Source: a virus. From it: DNA of 64,000 bases. Location: positions 64,001-128,000 of IMG/VR virus record IMGVR_UViG_3300032213_001813; one strand, given 5' to 3'. Below, piece by piece: positions 47,956 to 57,890 of this stretch. A program made the translations under genes and the position numbers. Within the stretch, counting starts at the first letter, position 1. Every line of letters begins with the position of its first letter. Under the pieces are notes generated by a model, which made no database searches, was not told where the DNA came from, and worked only from the letters and a program-made list of their open reading frames with translations.

Positions 47956-49146
47956 ATGAAATCTGAAAAATCCCCTCTTGTTTTCAAAGTACAAAAATTT
48001 GGTAACTCATTCAAAATGATTAATACCGCCGGTAAAAAGGTAGGTACATTAGGTGTAGGTACTGTAACTCGTAAGAACGCTTACGAAGCTGGTAAAGCTC
48101 TCCGCCAGGTTGTTGGTAAGGGAGGCAAAATCTCATATCGTTCTGTACCAATGAGTGAATACTCTAATTTAGTTGCTCCGTTAAAAACTAACGCGGAGGT
48201 TAATGTTGAGGTGAAAAAGACTCACGAAGATATTAAGAACTTCATCCACAACAAATCGGTGGAATTGAAGCCCGAATCAATCGTAATGACTGATTTGAAA
48301 TGGAAGTACCTTATTCGTTCCGCAGTTCGTGCGAAGAACATTATGATGACCGGACCTGCTGGTTGTGGTAAAACTATGGCCGCTAAGGCTTTGGTTAAGG
48401 GATTAAATCGTCCTGATTACTACTTTAACTTAGGAGCTACGCAGGATGCTAGAGCAACCTTAATTGGTAACACTCACTTCGATTCTAAGAAGGGTACGTT
48501 CTTCTCCGATTCGGCATTCGTTAAAGCAATCAAAACCGAAAATGCGGTTATCTTATTAGATGAGTTAAGTAGAGCACACCCTGATGCTTGGAATATCTTA
48601 ATGACAGTGTTAGACCAGGGCCAACGTTACTTACGTTTGGATGAGGCGGAAGGTTCTCCAATCGTTAATGTGGCTGAAGGTGTAACTTTCATCGCTACCG
48701 CCAACATTGGTACTGAATATACATCAACGCGTGTTATGGACCGTGCCATCTTAGACCGATTCACAATCATCGAAATGGATGTTTTGAATCAGGAGCAGGA
48801 ATTCGGATTATTAAAGTATATGTATCCAGAAGTTTCCGATGAAGACTTGACAGCTGTGGCTGAAATCGCTCACCACACACGTGAGATTTCTAAAGGTGAG
48901 ACGGGTAAATTAACTAATATGATTTCCACTCGTGCTAGTGTGGAGTTCGCTGGGTTGATTTATGATGGTTTCAATTTGTTCGAAGCAGCTGAGATTTCGG
49001 TTTTCCCATTCTTCTCTACGGATGGTGGTGTGGATTCTGAAAGAACTTATATTACTCAATTAGTTCAGAAGTATGTGAAGGATGATAAAGCTGATGAGGC
49101 GTTATTCTCTGAACCAACCGATGATTCTGAAAGCATTGTTTGGTAA
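47956..49146 (+). CDS. MoxR/CbbQ/CobS-like AAA+ ATPase
   Basis: GPAGCGKT, LLDELSR, ATANIG.EY, DRAILDRF. Confidence 0.92.
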   Translation: MKSEKSPLVFKVQKFGNSFKMINTAGKKVGTLGVGTVTRKNAYEAGKALRQVVGKGGKISYRSVPMSEYSNLVAPLKTNAEVNVEVKKTHEDIKNFIHNKSVELKPESIVMTDLKWKYLIRSAVRAKNIMMTGPAGCGKTMAAKALVKGLNRPDYYFNLGATQDARATLIGNTHFDSKKGTFFSDSAFVKAIKTENAVILLDELSRAHPDAWNILMTVLDQGQRYLRLDEAEGSPIVNVAEGVTFIATANIGTEYTSTRVMDRAILDRFTIIEMDVLNQEQEFGLLKYMYPEVSDEDLTAVAEIAHHTREISKGETGKLTNMISTRASVEFAGLIYDGFNLFEAAEISVFPFFSTDGGVDSERTYITQLVQKYVKDDKADEALFSEPTDDSESIVW

Positions 49147-49172
49147 TGGTTGGGGGGTTAGCCATACCAAAC

Positions 49173-49205
49173 AGGTGGGGGGTTCATTCCTCCCACCTTT
49201 CTTAT
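49173..49205 (+). terminator. intrinsic terminator
   Basis: AGGTGGG...CCCACCT hairpin plus T-rich tail. Confidence 0.8.
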
Positions 49206-49329
49206 TAACCCAAAATATTAAAAAATTATGAAAGAAATTAAAACACCATTAGTACTTTTTATAGTTGGATTCGCTTTATGCTTTTTGGTATTGCACTGTG
49301 CAACTATGTAATATAAATCTAAATAAAAT

Positions 49330-49956
49330 ATGTTAAGTAAAGCAAACGAAAATCAGATAGTAACTCCCGAAGAAAAGGAAACGATGTTGTTTAACGCATC
49401 TCATTACTATGGTGAGTTTCTAAAAGCATTAGGTTTTGATTACACCAAAGACCCACAAACGATTGATACTCCAAAGAGAGTAGCAAAGGCTTGGGTTGAT
49501 GATTTGGTTAGAGGTAGTATGAGTGAAGCACCATCAATTACCACATTCCCAAATGAGGACAGTTATGATGGTATTGTAATCCAAACAGGCATTAAGGTAA
49601 ACTCTATGTGTGCCCATCACAACTTACCATTTTATGGATACGCAGCAATCGCTTATATTCCAAAGAGTAAGGTGATTGGGTTATCTAAATTAAATCGTAT
49701 CGTAGATTGGTTCTCTCGTAGACCTCAAATGCAGGAATCACTTACTGCACAAATCCACAAATTCGTAACTGATAAGTTAGAGTGCGATGATGTGGCAGTT
49801 TCAATTAGTGGGCATCACCTATGTTGTGGTATGAGAGGTATCCAACACCCAGATTCAATGATGACAACAAATAAATTCAGCGGAGCATTCTTAGAAAAGA
49901 ACAACTTAGTTAGAGAAGAGTTTATGCACGCTATCACTAAAAACAATTTAAGTTAA
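49330..49956 (+). CDS. folE: GTP cyclohydrolase I
   Basis: TPKRVAK, SMCAHHNLPF, GLSKLNR, RRPQMQE, HLCCGMRG. Confidence 0.96.
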   Translation: MLSKANENQIVTPEEKETMLFNASHYYGEFLKALGFDYTKDPQTIDTPKRVAKAWVDDLVRGSMSEAPSITTFPNEDSYDGIVIQTGIKVNSMCAHHNLPFYGYAAIAYIPKSKVIGLSKLNRIVDWFSRRPQMQESLTAQIHKFVTDKLECDDVAVSISGHHLCCGMRGIQHPDSMMTTNKFSGAFLEKNNLVREEFMHAITKNNLS

Positions 49957-50084
49957 TGGCAAAGCAAGATGAATGGATGGAGAAGTTAGTTAAGAACTAC
50001 ATCCTACCAGAACAAAAAGAAAAGGAAGCTCCTAAGAAAATGCTAACGGAGGCTCAAAAGAAAATCATTTCCAGCAAATCGTAG
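49956..50084 (+). CDS. small hypothetical protein (42 aa)
   Basis: TAATG coupling with folE. Confidence 0.45.
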   Translation: MAKQDEWMEKLVKNYILPEQKEKEAPKKMLTEAQKKIISSKS

Positions 50085-50112
50085 GAATTACGGAATCTTT
50101 TTTGTATATTTG
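50082..50112 (+). promoter_or_regulatory. Bacteroidota-type promoter
   Basis: TAGG upstream element and TATATTTG. Confidence 0.6.
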
Positions 50113-50141
50113 TAAAACATAAAATCATAAAATCATAAACA

Positions 50142-50525
50142 ATGAAACTAAGAGGTTTAGGTAGAGCAACTTATTCTAAAGACAAGGTTAAACAATTACG
50201 GAAAAACCGAATGTCTTTGAAAGCAAAAGATTCCAATGTGCAGGATATGTACATTCGTAAAGTTGGTGAGTTACGGGCAGCTGGACATATGGTTGTTAAG
50301 GGGTTTCGGAAACTTATCAAATCAGAACACAATGAACTTGCATTTGATAAAGGTAAAATTTACGAAACACAATTATCATTTCAAACTCTTCAAAAGAATG
50401 GGTTGGGTGATGCACCACATATCGAAGGATACTTGGAATCGGCATCAGATGCGGATAATAGACCTTATAGATTGAAAGGTTGGTTTAATGAAGATGGTTC
50501 AGTTAGAATTGAAATCGTACAATAA
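50142..50525 (+). CDS. hypothetical protein
   Basis: ORF track. Confidence 0.7.
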   Translation: MKLRGLGRATYSKDKVKQLRKNRMSLKAKDSNVQDMYIRKVGELRAAGHMVVKGFRKLIKSEHNELAFDKGKIYETQLSFQTLQKNGLGDAPHIEGYLESASDADNRPYRLKGWFNEDGSVRIEIVQ

Positions 50526-51016
50526 TGGGATATAACAAATATAGATGGTACACAAAGGGTAGACCTAATAAGCCATTAAATGAAGATGCTCCTCTATTAC
50601 TTAAAATCCGTAACGGAGACTTTGAGTATTCGTATATGTTTAAGGAGGCTGAAGATACCAAAGCTGAAGCACAACGAACGTATGACCTAACATATAAGAA
50701 CTATAAAGGAACGGATGAAAAGAACCGCATTTACGAAGCATTGGAGGCGGGAAGAATGAAGAGAATTAAAGCCGTAAAGTTGATGCTGGAAGCAGGTTCG
50801 CAGGAGCAGAAAATCCTATGGAAATTGCAGGGTGAACTGAAGAAAGAATTCGAAAAGGATTTGTGGGAGAAGGCAATGGAGAGAAAAAGAGGAAAAGGTA
50901 CAACCGAAGATATTTATTGGTGGTACAAAACACAGGTCAAAGAAGTGATGACCAAAAGTGAGATGGCAATCAAACTTAAACGAGCTTCAACAAAAGGACT
51001 CGAACGCTTATTTTAA
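50525..51016 (+). CDS. hypothetical protein
   Basis: ORF track; TAATG coupling. Confidence 0.7.
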   Translation: MGYNKYRWYTKGRPNKPLNEDAPLLLKIRNGDFEYSYMFKEAEDTKAEAQRTYDLTYKNYKGTDEKNRIYEALEAGRMKRIKAVKLMLEAGSQEQKILWKLQGELKKEFEKDLWEKAMERKRGKGTTEDIYWWYKTQVKEVMTKSEMAIKLKRASTKGLERLF

Positions 51017-51043
51017 TTATTTATTAACCAAACCAAAACAACA

Positions 51044-51319
51044 ATGGAAATTGTAAAAAGTAGATACGGCTTAGACCGTTCAATTCAAAGAGTGGACTTT
51101 CAAAGGTTGAGAGTTATGGGTGAATCACAAATGGTACGTCAATCCAAAGGTAGGGATGGGAGTACAACTCTCTTTGATTTCGAAGGAGGACCTTGCTACA
51201 CTGTTGGTGGTAAGTTACACTTTGAGAAAATGAATTGGAAGATTGTGGGTATCAAACCATACCAAAATTCCAACGAAGGTTTATATGAGTGTATTTTAAG
51301 TGTACTACCTATTTATTAA
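51044..51319 (+). CDS. hypothetical protein
   Basis: ORF track. Confidence 0.7.
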   Translation: MEIVKSRYGLDRSIQRVDFQRLRVMGESQMVRQSKGRDGSTTLFDFEGGPCYTVGGKLHFEKMNWKIVGIKPYQNSNEGLYECILSVLPIY

Positions 51320-51322
51320 TAT

Positions 51323-51691
51323 ATGGAGGATGAAGAACGCCAGGTAATGGAGTTAAGTATCCCCTCTTCGGAGGTGGAAAGTTTTATGAAGGACAATCGT
51401 GCTTTAATGGTTGCCGAAACGCTTTCTGCTTCCGAAGAACTAATTTACAAAGATTTGGATAGTATAGAAGTTATCCGAATCAATATCATACAACCGAGAG
51501 GTAGGACGGTATTAGATTGTAAGTTAAAAAAAGAAGATGTAACGGATGGAGTTGAAAAGTTGATGGAATGGGCATTGGAAAACGAAGAATACGAAATGTG
51601 CCATCGAATCAAATTATTAACCGAATACATTAATAGACCCAAAGAAGATGTTCGAAGAAAGACAAGAGGAAGACCTAAGAAGGCTAAATGA
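51323..51691 (+). CDS. hypothetical protein with UVR-like C-terminal motif
   Basis: ALENEEYEMCHRIK. Confidence 0.6.
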   Translation: MEDEERQVMELSIPSSEVESFMKDNRALMVAETLSASEELIYKDLDSIEVIRINIIQPRGRTVLDCKLKKEDVTDGVEKLMEWALENEEYEMCHRIKLLTEYINRPKEDVRRKTRGRPKKAK

Positions 51692-52033
51692 TTTGATTCT
51701 TTCACAATCCATTCAGCACGAAGCAACACCATCAAATAAGAAAATGTTCAATCCCCAAACAGGTGAATTAACACTATGGGTTGATAATGGTAGAGGTGGT
51801 GCAAAGTTCGCATCTATAAACCTATTCGGAGATTAACGAACGAATCCCTTTGGGGGATGAGTCGAAAGGAAAAAATTTTTGATAGTACTATATTTATATG
51901 TACAAGCTACACAAGCTATTCCGTTTTGGGGTGGGGGTTGGTTGATAGATATGAAAATATTAATGATAAAGATATATGCCGGAATCCTAACATTTGGGAT
52001 GGGTATGTATGAATACTACAAAAATTTTAGATA

Positions 52034-52339
52034 ATGGAAAAAGTAACCGATTACTTAATGCCGTTTATAATGGCAGGATTGATGTTCATCGTAGTATGGC
52101 AGGATGGAAAACGTAACGAACGATTGAAGAGGTTAGAATCGACTCACACCCATAAGCAAGTTGATTCCCTACAAACTCTTTTAGATAATACCAAAGTGGA
52201 ATGGATGAATGATAAAATGGATTTAGATAAATATAAAGCCGCAAGAGAGAAGTTTAGAGAGTACAATCCCCTTGCCGCACAAGAGTATGAGAATATATAT
52301 AACTCCATAGAAACCCAATGGAAAACCGAAGCGGAATGA
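52034..52339 (+). CDS. single-TM coiled-coil protein
   Basis: ORF track, N-terminal hydrophobic helix. Confidence 0.6.
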   Translation: MEKVTDYLMPFIMAGLMFIVVWQDGKRNERLKRLESTHTHKQVDSLQTLLDNTKVEWMNDKMDLDKYKAAREKFREYNPLAAQEYENIYNSIETQWKTEAE

Positions 52340-52974
52340 TGAACTTTAAAGATTTAGTAGAAGTGGAAGGATATTATTCCGTACAACAATTAGAACCACT
52401 ACCTTACGAATACGATGCCTTAGAACCAATCATCGATGAGGAGACAATGAGGGAACACCACACAAAGCATCTGAAGAAATATGTGGAAACCTACAACTCT
52501 CTAATCGATGGAACTCCGGCATCCCAACGTACCTTAGAAGAAGTTCTTTCTGATATACGTTCATATGGAGATGGAATCCGAAATAATGGAGGTGGGATAT
52601 GGAATCACAATTTTTTCTTTAGGTTATTGACTCCTAACAAAAAAACACCCAATGGAAACCTATCTCTTTCGATTGGTAAAAAGTGGGGTAGTATGGAATC
52701 CTTTATCGAAAAGTTTAAAGAATCAGGTCTAAAAAGATTTGGTTCGGGTTGGGTTTGGTTAGTAAAGGATAGTGGGGGAGAGTTATCCATAATAACAACT
52801 CAAAATCAGGACAATCCACTAATGTTTCCAAATAACCAATACATACCAATTATAGGATGTGATTTGTGGGAGCATTCGTATTACCTAAAGCATAAGAGTA
52901 ATAGGGGCGGGTGGATAGATTCATTCTTTGAGTGTTTGAATTGGGATGAAGCCCAAAAAAATTACGAAGGATGA
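52336..52974 (+). CDS. sodA: Fe/Mn superoxide dismutase
   Basis: LPYEYDALEP, HHTKH, NHNFF, FGSGW, DLWEHSYY; GGG and NQD suggest Mn/cambialistic type. Confidence 0.93.
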   Translation: MMNFKDLVEVEGYYSVQQLEPLPYEYDALEPIIDEETMREHHTKHLKKYVETYNSLIDGTPASQRTLEEVLSDIRSYGDGIRNNGGGIWNHNFFFRLLTPNKKTPNGNLSLSIGKKWGSMESFIEKFKESGLKRFGSGWVWLVKDSGGELSIITTQNQDNPLMFPNNQYIPIIGCDLWEHSYYLKHKSNRGGWIDSFFECLNWDEAQKNYEG

Positions 52975-53171
52975 GAAAGTTATTCAAATGGTTATTGATT
53001 AAGGGTGTAGTTGGAACGTTGGTTCTACTCCTATCGATATCGGTTGTAGTATCTCTAATATGTTGGTTTCTATTGTGGCCATTTGTGTATATGGTTAGGT
53101 TAATTTTTGTTAATATAGATAGAAATGGGGATTTCATCTCAAAAAGGGATTGGAATGATTGGATTGCCTAA
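52971..53171 (+). CDS. small membrane protein
   Basis: Hydrophobic ORF. Confidence 0.55.
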   Translation: MRKLFKWLLIKGVVGTLVLLLSISVVVSLICWFLLWPFVYMVRLIFVNIDRNGDFISKRDWNDWIA

Positions 53172-53209
53172 ATGGGGTAATAGTTATTATTAAACTAAAC
53201 AAAATAATT

Positions 53210-53581
53210 ATGAAAGGATTAATTTTAACAATCGGGTTATTGATGAGTATTGGGGGGTATGCTCAAACGACAGGATTTCCAACAACAGCAGATAAGTGGG
53301 TTGCACCCATACAATCAAACCAAATTAATAGGGAAGTGGAAGTTCTCCGTAGAGGACAAAGACCTGAAATTCTTCCGAACCAACGTCATTTGGATGAGAT
53401 TAATCGTAATCAAAATATTATAATACTTATGGTTAATGAAAATCAAATCAGAAACTTTAACCGTTGGAGAATATGGCACAGACTAAAAGAGAGAAGAAGA
53501 TTTCGAATCGTAAGAAGATGGCAAAAAGAACACGAAGAGAACAACACAAAGCCGGAATTTTTAAGAAGAAGACATAGATAA
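53210..53581 (+). CDS. secreted Arg-rich hypothetical protein
   Basis: Signal-peptide-like MKGLILTIGLLMSIGGYAQ. Confidence 0.55.
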   Translation: MKGLILTIGLLMSIGGYAQTTGFPTTADKWVAPIQSNQINREVEVLRRGQRPEILPNQRHLDEINRNQNIIILMVNENQIRNFNRWRIWHRLKERRRFRIVRRWQKEHEENNTKPEFLRRRHR

Positions 53582-53601
53582 CCAAAACCTTGCATGCCGT
53601 G

Positions 53602-53646
53602 CGTAAGACCTTCTAATAATAACCAAAAATTAGGAGGTTTTTTATT
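53602..53646 (+). terminator. intrinsic terminator
   Basis: ACCTTCTAAT...ATTAGGAGGT plus T-run. Confidence 0.75.
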
Positions 53647-53676
53647 TGGAAAAGTGAAAATAATTTTGTATATTTG
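53645..53676 (+). promoter_or_regulatory. Bacteroidota-type promoter
   Basis: TTTG-N20-TATATTTG. Confidence 0.8.
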
Positions 53677-53949
53677 TATATGATTTTTGAAGAACAATTG
53701 GTATTAGAAGCTCAAATATATGGTGTACTATCTTTGGTACTCATAGGTGTGATGCTTTGGATGGTAATTGCTGAAAAACGAAAATACGATAAGACAAATG
53801 GAAAACGGAAAAAGTAAGTTCGATAGGGATAATACCTTAATTTGGGTTCTGATAGGTTTATTGATTTGTATAACTATTCAGATGGTTGGTGTAATGCATT
53901 TAAAAGAGGATATTAAAGAAAAAGAAGCAATAATCAAAAAGTTACAAAA

Positions 53950-54540
53950 ATGAAAATAACCCTTATAATCCTTTTGTGTGTGATTCTATTGATAATGGGA
54001 TTCGTACAAAAAGAAGAGAGAATCCTATTCGTTGGTGATTCTTTAACCGCATATAATGGTGGGTGGCAACATCAAGTTGGTAGAATGAGACAAATAAAGT
54101 ATGATAACATCGCAAAGGGTGGGAAACGTACTAAATGGATGTTGAACCAATTAAAACAATATTCACATAAAGTAGGTAGATATACAAAGGTAATCATATA
54201 TGGTGGTATCAATGATTCATTTAGTAGTGTTAAAGAAGATGATACGATAGAGAACATTCAAAAGATGGTGGATATTGTAAGGGAGATGGGAGCTGAACCT
54301 ATTGTGGTAGTTGGATACAATCCACAAAGAGTGATACAAGCAACATCATATCCATCTGAAATTGAAACTAAATCCCGTAATCGATACATTGAATTACAAA
54401 AGAGAATCGTAACTGATATAAAAAGATGTACTATAATTCCTATGGAAAATGGAATTGGTAGAACTGATTCAGATGATGGAATACACTTAAAGGATAGTGG
54501 TCATAGAAAGTTTGCAAATTGGATATTAGAAAATTTATAA
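53950..54540 (+). CDS. SGNH/GDSL hydrolase
   Basis: GDSLT, GGIND, DGIH. Confidence 0.92.
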   Translation: MKITLIILLCVILLIMGFVQKEERILFVGDSLTAYNGGWQHQVGRMRQIKYDNIAKGGKRTKWMLNQLKQYSHKVGRYTKVIIYGGINDSFSSVKEDDTIENIQKMVDIVREMGAEPIVVVGYNPQRVIQATSYPSEIETKSRNRYIELQKRIVTDIKRCTIIPMENGIGRTDSDDGIHLKDSGHRKFANWILENL

Positions 54541-54543
54541 AAC

Positions 54544-55791
54544 ATGTCAAAACAAAGAATTAAGCTTAAAAGTGCGGAAGAACTCAAAGCAGTATTGGGT
54601 GAGGAATTGTATAGAGAAGTTGCTGATGCAATTGATGAAACTCGTACTACCAAGAATAAACCTGAATATAAAAGATATCAAGACCCCGCATCATCATCTA
54701 TTGTAACTCAATATTATAGATTATCGGATACGGATGATTTTCCATATGGTACATACATTCATCAAAAGACGGGTGAGTTGATATCACAACATTTCAGAGT
54801 AGGTGATGGGTTGACTATAACTCAAACTGCAATGCAGGGGTGGGTATCTAAAAGTAAGTTTACCAAACTACATACAAAAGATTATGTTACCAAAGGTGAA
54901 TTCTTTTCTACTTTAGTGTATGAGATGGAATCTGAAGGTGGTGTTTTACTTCTAACAGTTCAAGACTATTTGGTAGATTTTCCAAAGAACAAAGCAAAGA
55001 TTGGTAAGAACGAAATATATGTTTCCCTAACAGGTAACATTGCTGAAAGTATATACAAAGAGGTAACGGATTCAATTGTTGCTCTAACTACATCAAAGAA
55101 GCAGGAAGCAAATAATGTGGCATTAGTAATCCAAACACAAAGAGGATACGATACACAAACGTTTGAGTTACCAAAGCAGAAGTTAGATATTGATTTGAAC
55201 TATGGTAAGGATTTCAAACCGGTCCACGAAAAGATTATCAAACAACTAAATGAACCAAATGGTAAAGGATTGGTTCTATTGCATGGAGTGCCGGGTGGAG
55301 GTAAGACCCATTACTTAAAGTATTTGGCATCAAAGATTAAAGATAAGCAGGTCCTTTTCATTCCACCATACCTAGCCGATTTTATTACATCGCCGGAGAT
55401 GACACCATTTCTAATCCAAAATAGTAATTCGGTTCTCTTCATTGAGGATGCGGAGAATGTAATTACTGATAGAAATATACATGGTTCAAATGGTGTATCT
55501 AATATTCTAAACATTACCGATGGTATCCTATCTGATATCTTAAAGATTCAGGTAGTTGCTACCTTTAATATGGATAAGGCAAAGATTGATTCAGCCCTAT
55601 TAAGAAAGGGTAGATTGATTGCCGAACATAAGTTTGATGCCCTACCTATGGATGATGCCAATGCGTTATTAAAACATTTAGGTAAGGAAGAGAACGCAAC
55701 AAAAGAAATGACACTAACTGAAATCTACAATGTGGATGAGGAAGAATTTAAAAGTGAAGATGGTAAACCAAAGATTGGATTTGGACGATGA
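54544..55791 (+). CDS. AAA+ ATPase (BCS1-like)
   Basis: GVPGGGKT, FIEDAE, LLRKGR. Confidence 0.9.
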   Translation: MSKQRIKLKSAEELKAVLGEELYREVADAIDETRTTKNKPEYKRYQDPASSSIVTQYYRLSDTDDFPYGTYIHQKTGELISQHFRVGDGLTITQTAMQGWVSKSKFTKLHTKDYVTKGEFFSTLVYEMESEGGVLLLTVQDYLVDFPKNKAKIGKNEIYVSLTGNIAESIYKEVTDSIVALTTSKKQEANNVALVIQTQRGYDTQTFELPKQKLDIDLNYGKDFKPVHEKIIKQLNEPNGKGLVLLHGVPGGGKTHYLKYLASKIKDKQVLFIPPYLADFITSPEMTPFLIQNSNSVLFIEDAENVITDRNIHGSNGVSNILNITDGILSDILKIQVVATFNMDKAKIDSALLRKGRLIAEHKFDALPMDDANALLKHLGKEENATKEMTLTEIYNVDEEEFKSEDGKPKIGFGR

Positions 55792-56549
55792 ACAAAGATA
55801 AGATAATGATAATGGTTACGGGAACTATGATATCCCCTTACGATGAGAATTGGAAGGAGTGTTATAGGACTTGGATTCCGGAGTTAAAGAAGTTAGGGTA
55901 TCATATATTAATTGCAATTGGTAAACCTGATTTGGAAACTGAATGGAAGTTAGATGGCGATTTCATTTACTTTAGAGCTGAAGATACAAAGATGGGGTTG
56001 TATGATAAATCAATTCGTTTACCTATCAAATGGATTTTGGAAGAAACTGATTATGAATACTACTTTAGAATCGATTCAGACTCATTTGTTGCGCCCATTA
56101 GGTTTGATAGAATGATGCATCACAACTTCCAAGACTATGGTAAGATAGATTATATGGGATGTATTCATCCTTTTGATGGTTGGAATCCCCATAGATTTCT
56201 ACGAAGATTATTTTCACCAAACGTTGGATATATAGCAAGTGGGTGTGGATATATGGTATCAAGGGATTCTATGAAACTTGCATTAGATAAGATGCGAATC
56301 GTAGAAGACCCATTGGATTATCGAATTGATGATTGGGTATTGGGTAGAGCAATGTGGGAGAACGGTGTAGAGATGTTGCATGATTCAAGGATACTATTTG
56401 AATCTAAACATAAAGAGTTAGTAAGAGACCCAAATGGTATAGGTATACCTGATATAGCAGACCCTCAATCACATCTAGCTCTTCAACATTATATGAATGG
56501 GCATATGGATGAAGCTATGATAACATTGGGATATAAAGATAGAATATGA
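55788..56549 (+). CDS. GT-A glycosyltransferase (GT31-like)
   Basis: YFRIDSDSF, ASGCGYMVS, DDWVLG. Confidence 0.7.
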   Translation: MNKDKIMIMVTGTMISPYDENWKECYRTWIPELKKLGYHILIAIGKPDLETEWKLDGDFIYFRAEDTKMGLYDKSIRLPIKWILEETDYEYYFRIDSDSFVAPIRFDRMMHHNFQDYGKIDYMGCIHPFDGWNPHRFLRRLFSPNVGYIASGCGYMVSRDSMKLALDKMRIVEDPLDYRIDDWVLGRAMWENGVEMLHDSRILFESKHKELVRDPNGIGIPDIADPQSHLALQHYMNGHMDEAMITLGYKDRI

Positions 56550-56884
56550 GTTTAATATATGGAGTATTGTGGGCATTTTTGGGACAGTTATTTTCTTTTA
56601 TGCAAATGCAGGGTGGTATTAAGTATGGTTGGTATGATAAGTACCCAATTATTTTAATACTTTCATCAGTACCATCAACTTGGTTTTATATGAAATCAGT
56701 TCAACATTTGGTGGATGCATTTAATGGAGAATTATGGCCATCCCGATTGATTGGATTTGGTGTAGGTATAATTGTATTTGTTACTTTGAGTATAATACTA
56801 TTTAAAGAACCACTTACAGCAAAGACTTTAGTTTGCTTACTATTAGCAAGTATGATTTTAACAATTCAAATATTTTGGAAATGA
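56546..56884 (+). CDS. multi-pass membrane protein (DMT/SMR-like)
   Basis: Four hydrophobic helices, LFKEPLT. Confidence 0.55.
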   Translation: MSLIYGVLWAFLGQLFSFMQMQGGIKYGWYDKYPIILILSSVPSTWFYMKSVQHLVDAFNGELWPSRLIGFGVGIIVFVTLSIILFKEPLTAKTLVCLLLASMILTIQIFWK

Positions 56885-57018
56885 TGGAAACGATAACAGT
56901 AGTTTTATGTGTAGTATTAATGGCATTTCCTGTTAGTATATTATGGCTGGCGGGCATTGAACATATGAAAAAGAATCATCCTGATTATAAAGGTGAAGAT
57001 TTTTTGGATGAGGAATAA
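56881..57018 (+). CDS. small membrane protein
   Basis: ATGA overlap, TM helix, YKGEDF tail. Confidence 0.5.
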   Translation: MMETITVVLCVVLMAFPVSILWLAGIEHMKKNHPDYKGEDFLDEE

Positions 57019-57108
57019 AAGTTATATGTATTTATGTGTTAATAACTTTTGGAATTTTTATATTTATATTAGTAGTAGCATTAGTAATACTGATGTTCTG
57101 GCTATTCG

Positions 57109-57504
57109 ATGATTAAAAAACAATTTATGCTAAAACCAATACACAAATTAAACGGAGGAAGAGGGGCTACACTCTGTCATACTTGTAGCCGAATTATTAG
57201 TGAAGGACTTACGGGTCAACTTTATTGTGAAGAGCATGGTGGGGAAAAGTGGAAATACTATTTGGAAAGACATGATGGTGTGAAACATAGAGGTAATAGA
57301 GTACAATGGATTGAGTGGAGGGAGAATGGACAGTATAAAGATGAATTCAAAGAACCAGCAATAGGTAGAAGTTTACTAATAGATTTTGCACATGGTGGGT
57401 ACACTTGGATGACAACTGTTGTAACTGAAATCATTGAGGAAACTGCGGATGAGATTCATTTCAAAACTCAAAATAGTGAGTACACACTTAAAATATACAA
57501 ATAA
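57109..57504 (+). CDS. hypothetical protein with Zn-finger-like N-terminus
   Basis: CHTC...CEEH. Confidence 0.65.
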   Translation: MIKKQFMLKPIHKLNGGRGATLCHTCSRIISEGLTGQLYCEEHGGEKWKYYLERHDGVKHRGNRVQWIEWRENGQYKDEFKEPAIGRSLLIDFAHGGYTWMTTVVTEIIEETADEIHFKTQNSEYTLKIYK

Positions 57505-57646
57505 TGTTAAACCAATTGTTATACCTTATAATTGGATTGGCTGTGATAGTTCCAATTCCATTTGGTATTATGTGGGTGGCAATTAAATGGGCAGATATGA
57601 ATGAAAGTGGAATGGGTTATAAAGGAAGATATAAAAAGAAAGAAAA

Positions 57647-57880
57647 ATGAGTAACGTATCATACAGAATTAAAGTAACAACTGAATTTGATGGTAGTGTT
57701 TGGTACACACCACAAAGTAAGACCGGATTTTTCGGATGTTGGAAAGAAGATTTCGATGGAGATGGAGTAACTGCATCCTATCTAACTGAAGAGGAAGCAA
57801 TAGCTGAAATCGAAGAGTGGAAGTTGATTGCTAAAGCTAGAGCGCATAAAGCAGAAACCCACTACATTAGTGTAGACTAA
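57647..57880 (+). CDS. hypothetical protein
   Basis: ORF track. Confidence 0.65.
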   Translation: MSNVSYRIKVTTEFDGSVWYTPQSKTGFFGCWKEDFDGDGVTASYLTEEEAIAEIEEWKLIAKARAHKAETHYISVD

Positions 57881-57890
57881 CTTAAAAATA

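Noticed and set aside
45381-49146. Cobalamin biosynthesis (cobS/cobT)
   Set aside because: No cobN or other cob genes; the pair fits general MoxR-vWA systems
51843-51875. Hammerhead-like GATGAGTCGAAAGG next to an ATCCC/GGGAT hairpin
   Set aside because: Lacks the CU of CUGAUGA and the GAC-GAAA closure, so the catalytic core is incomplete
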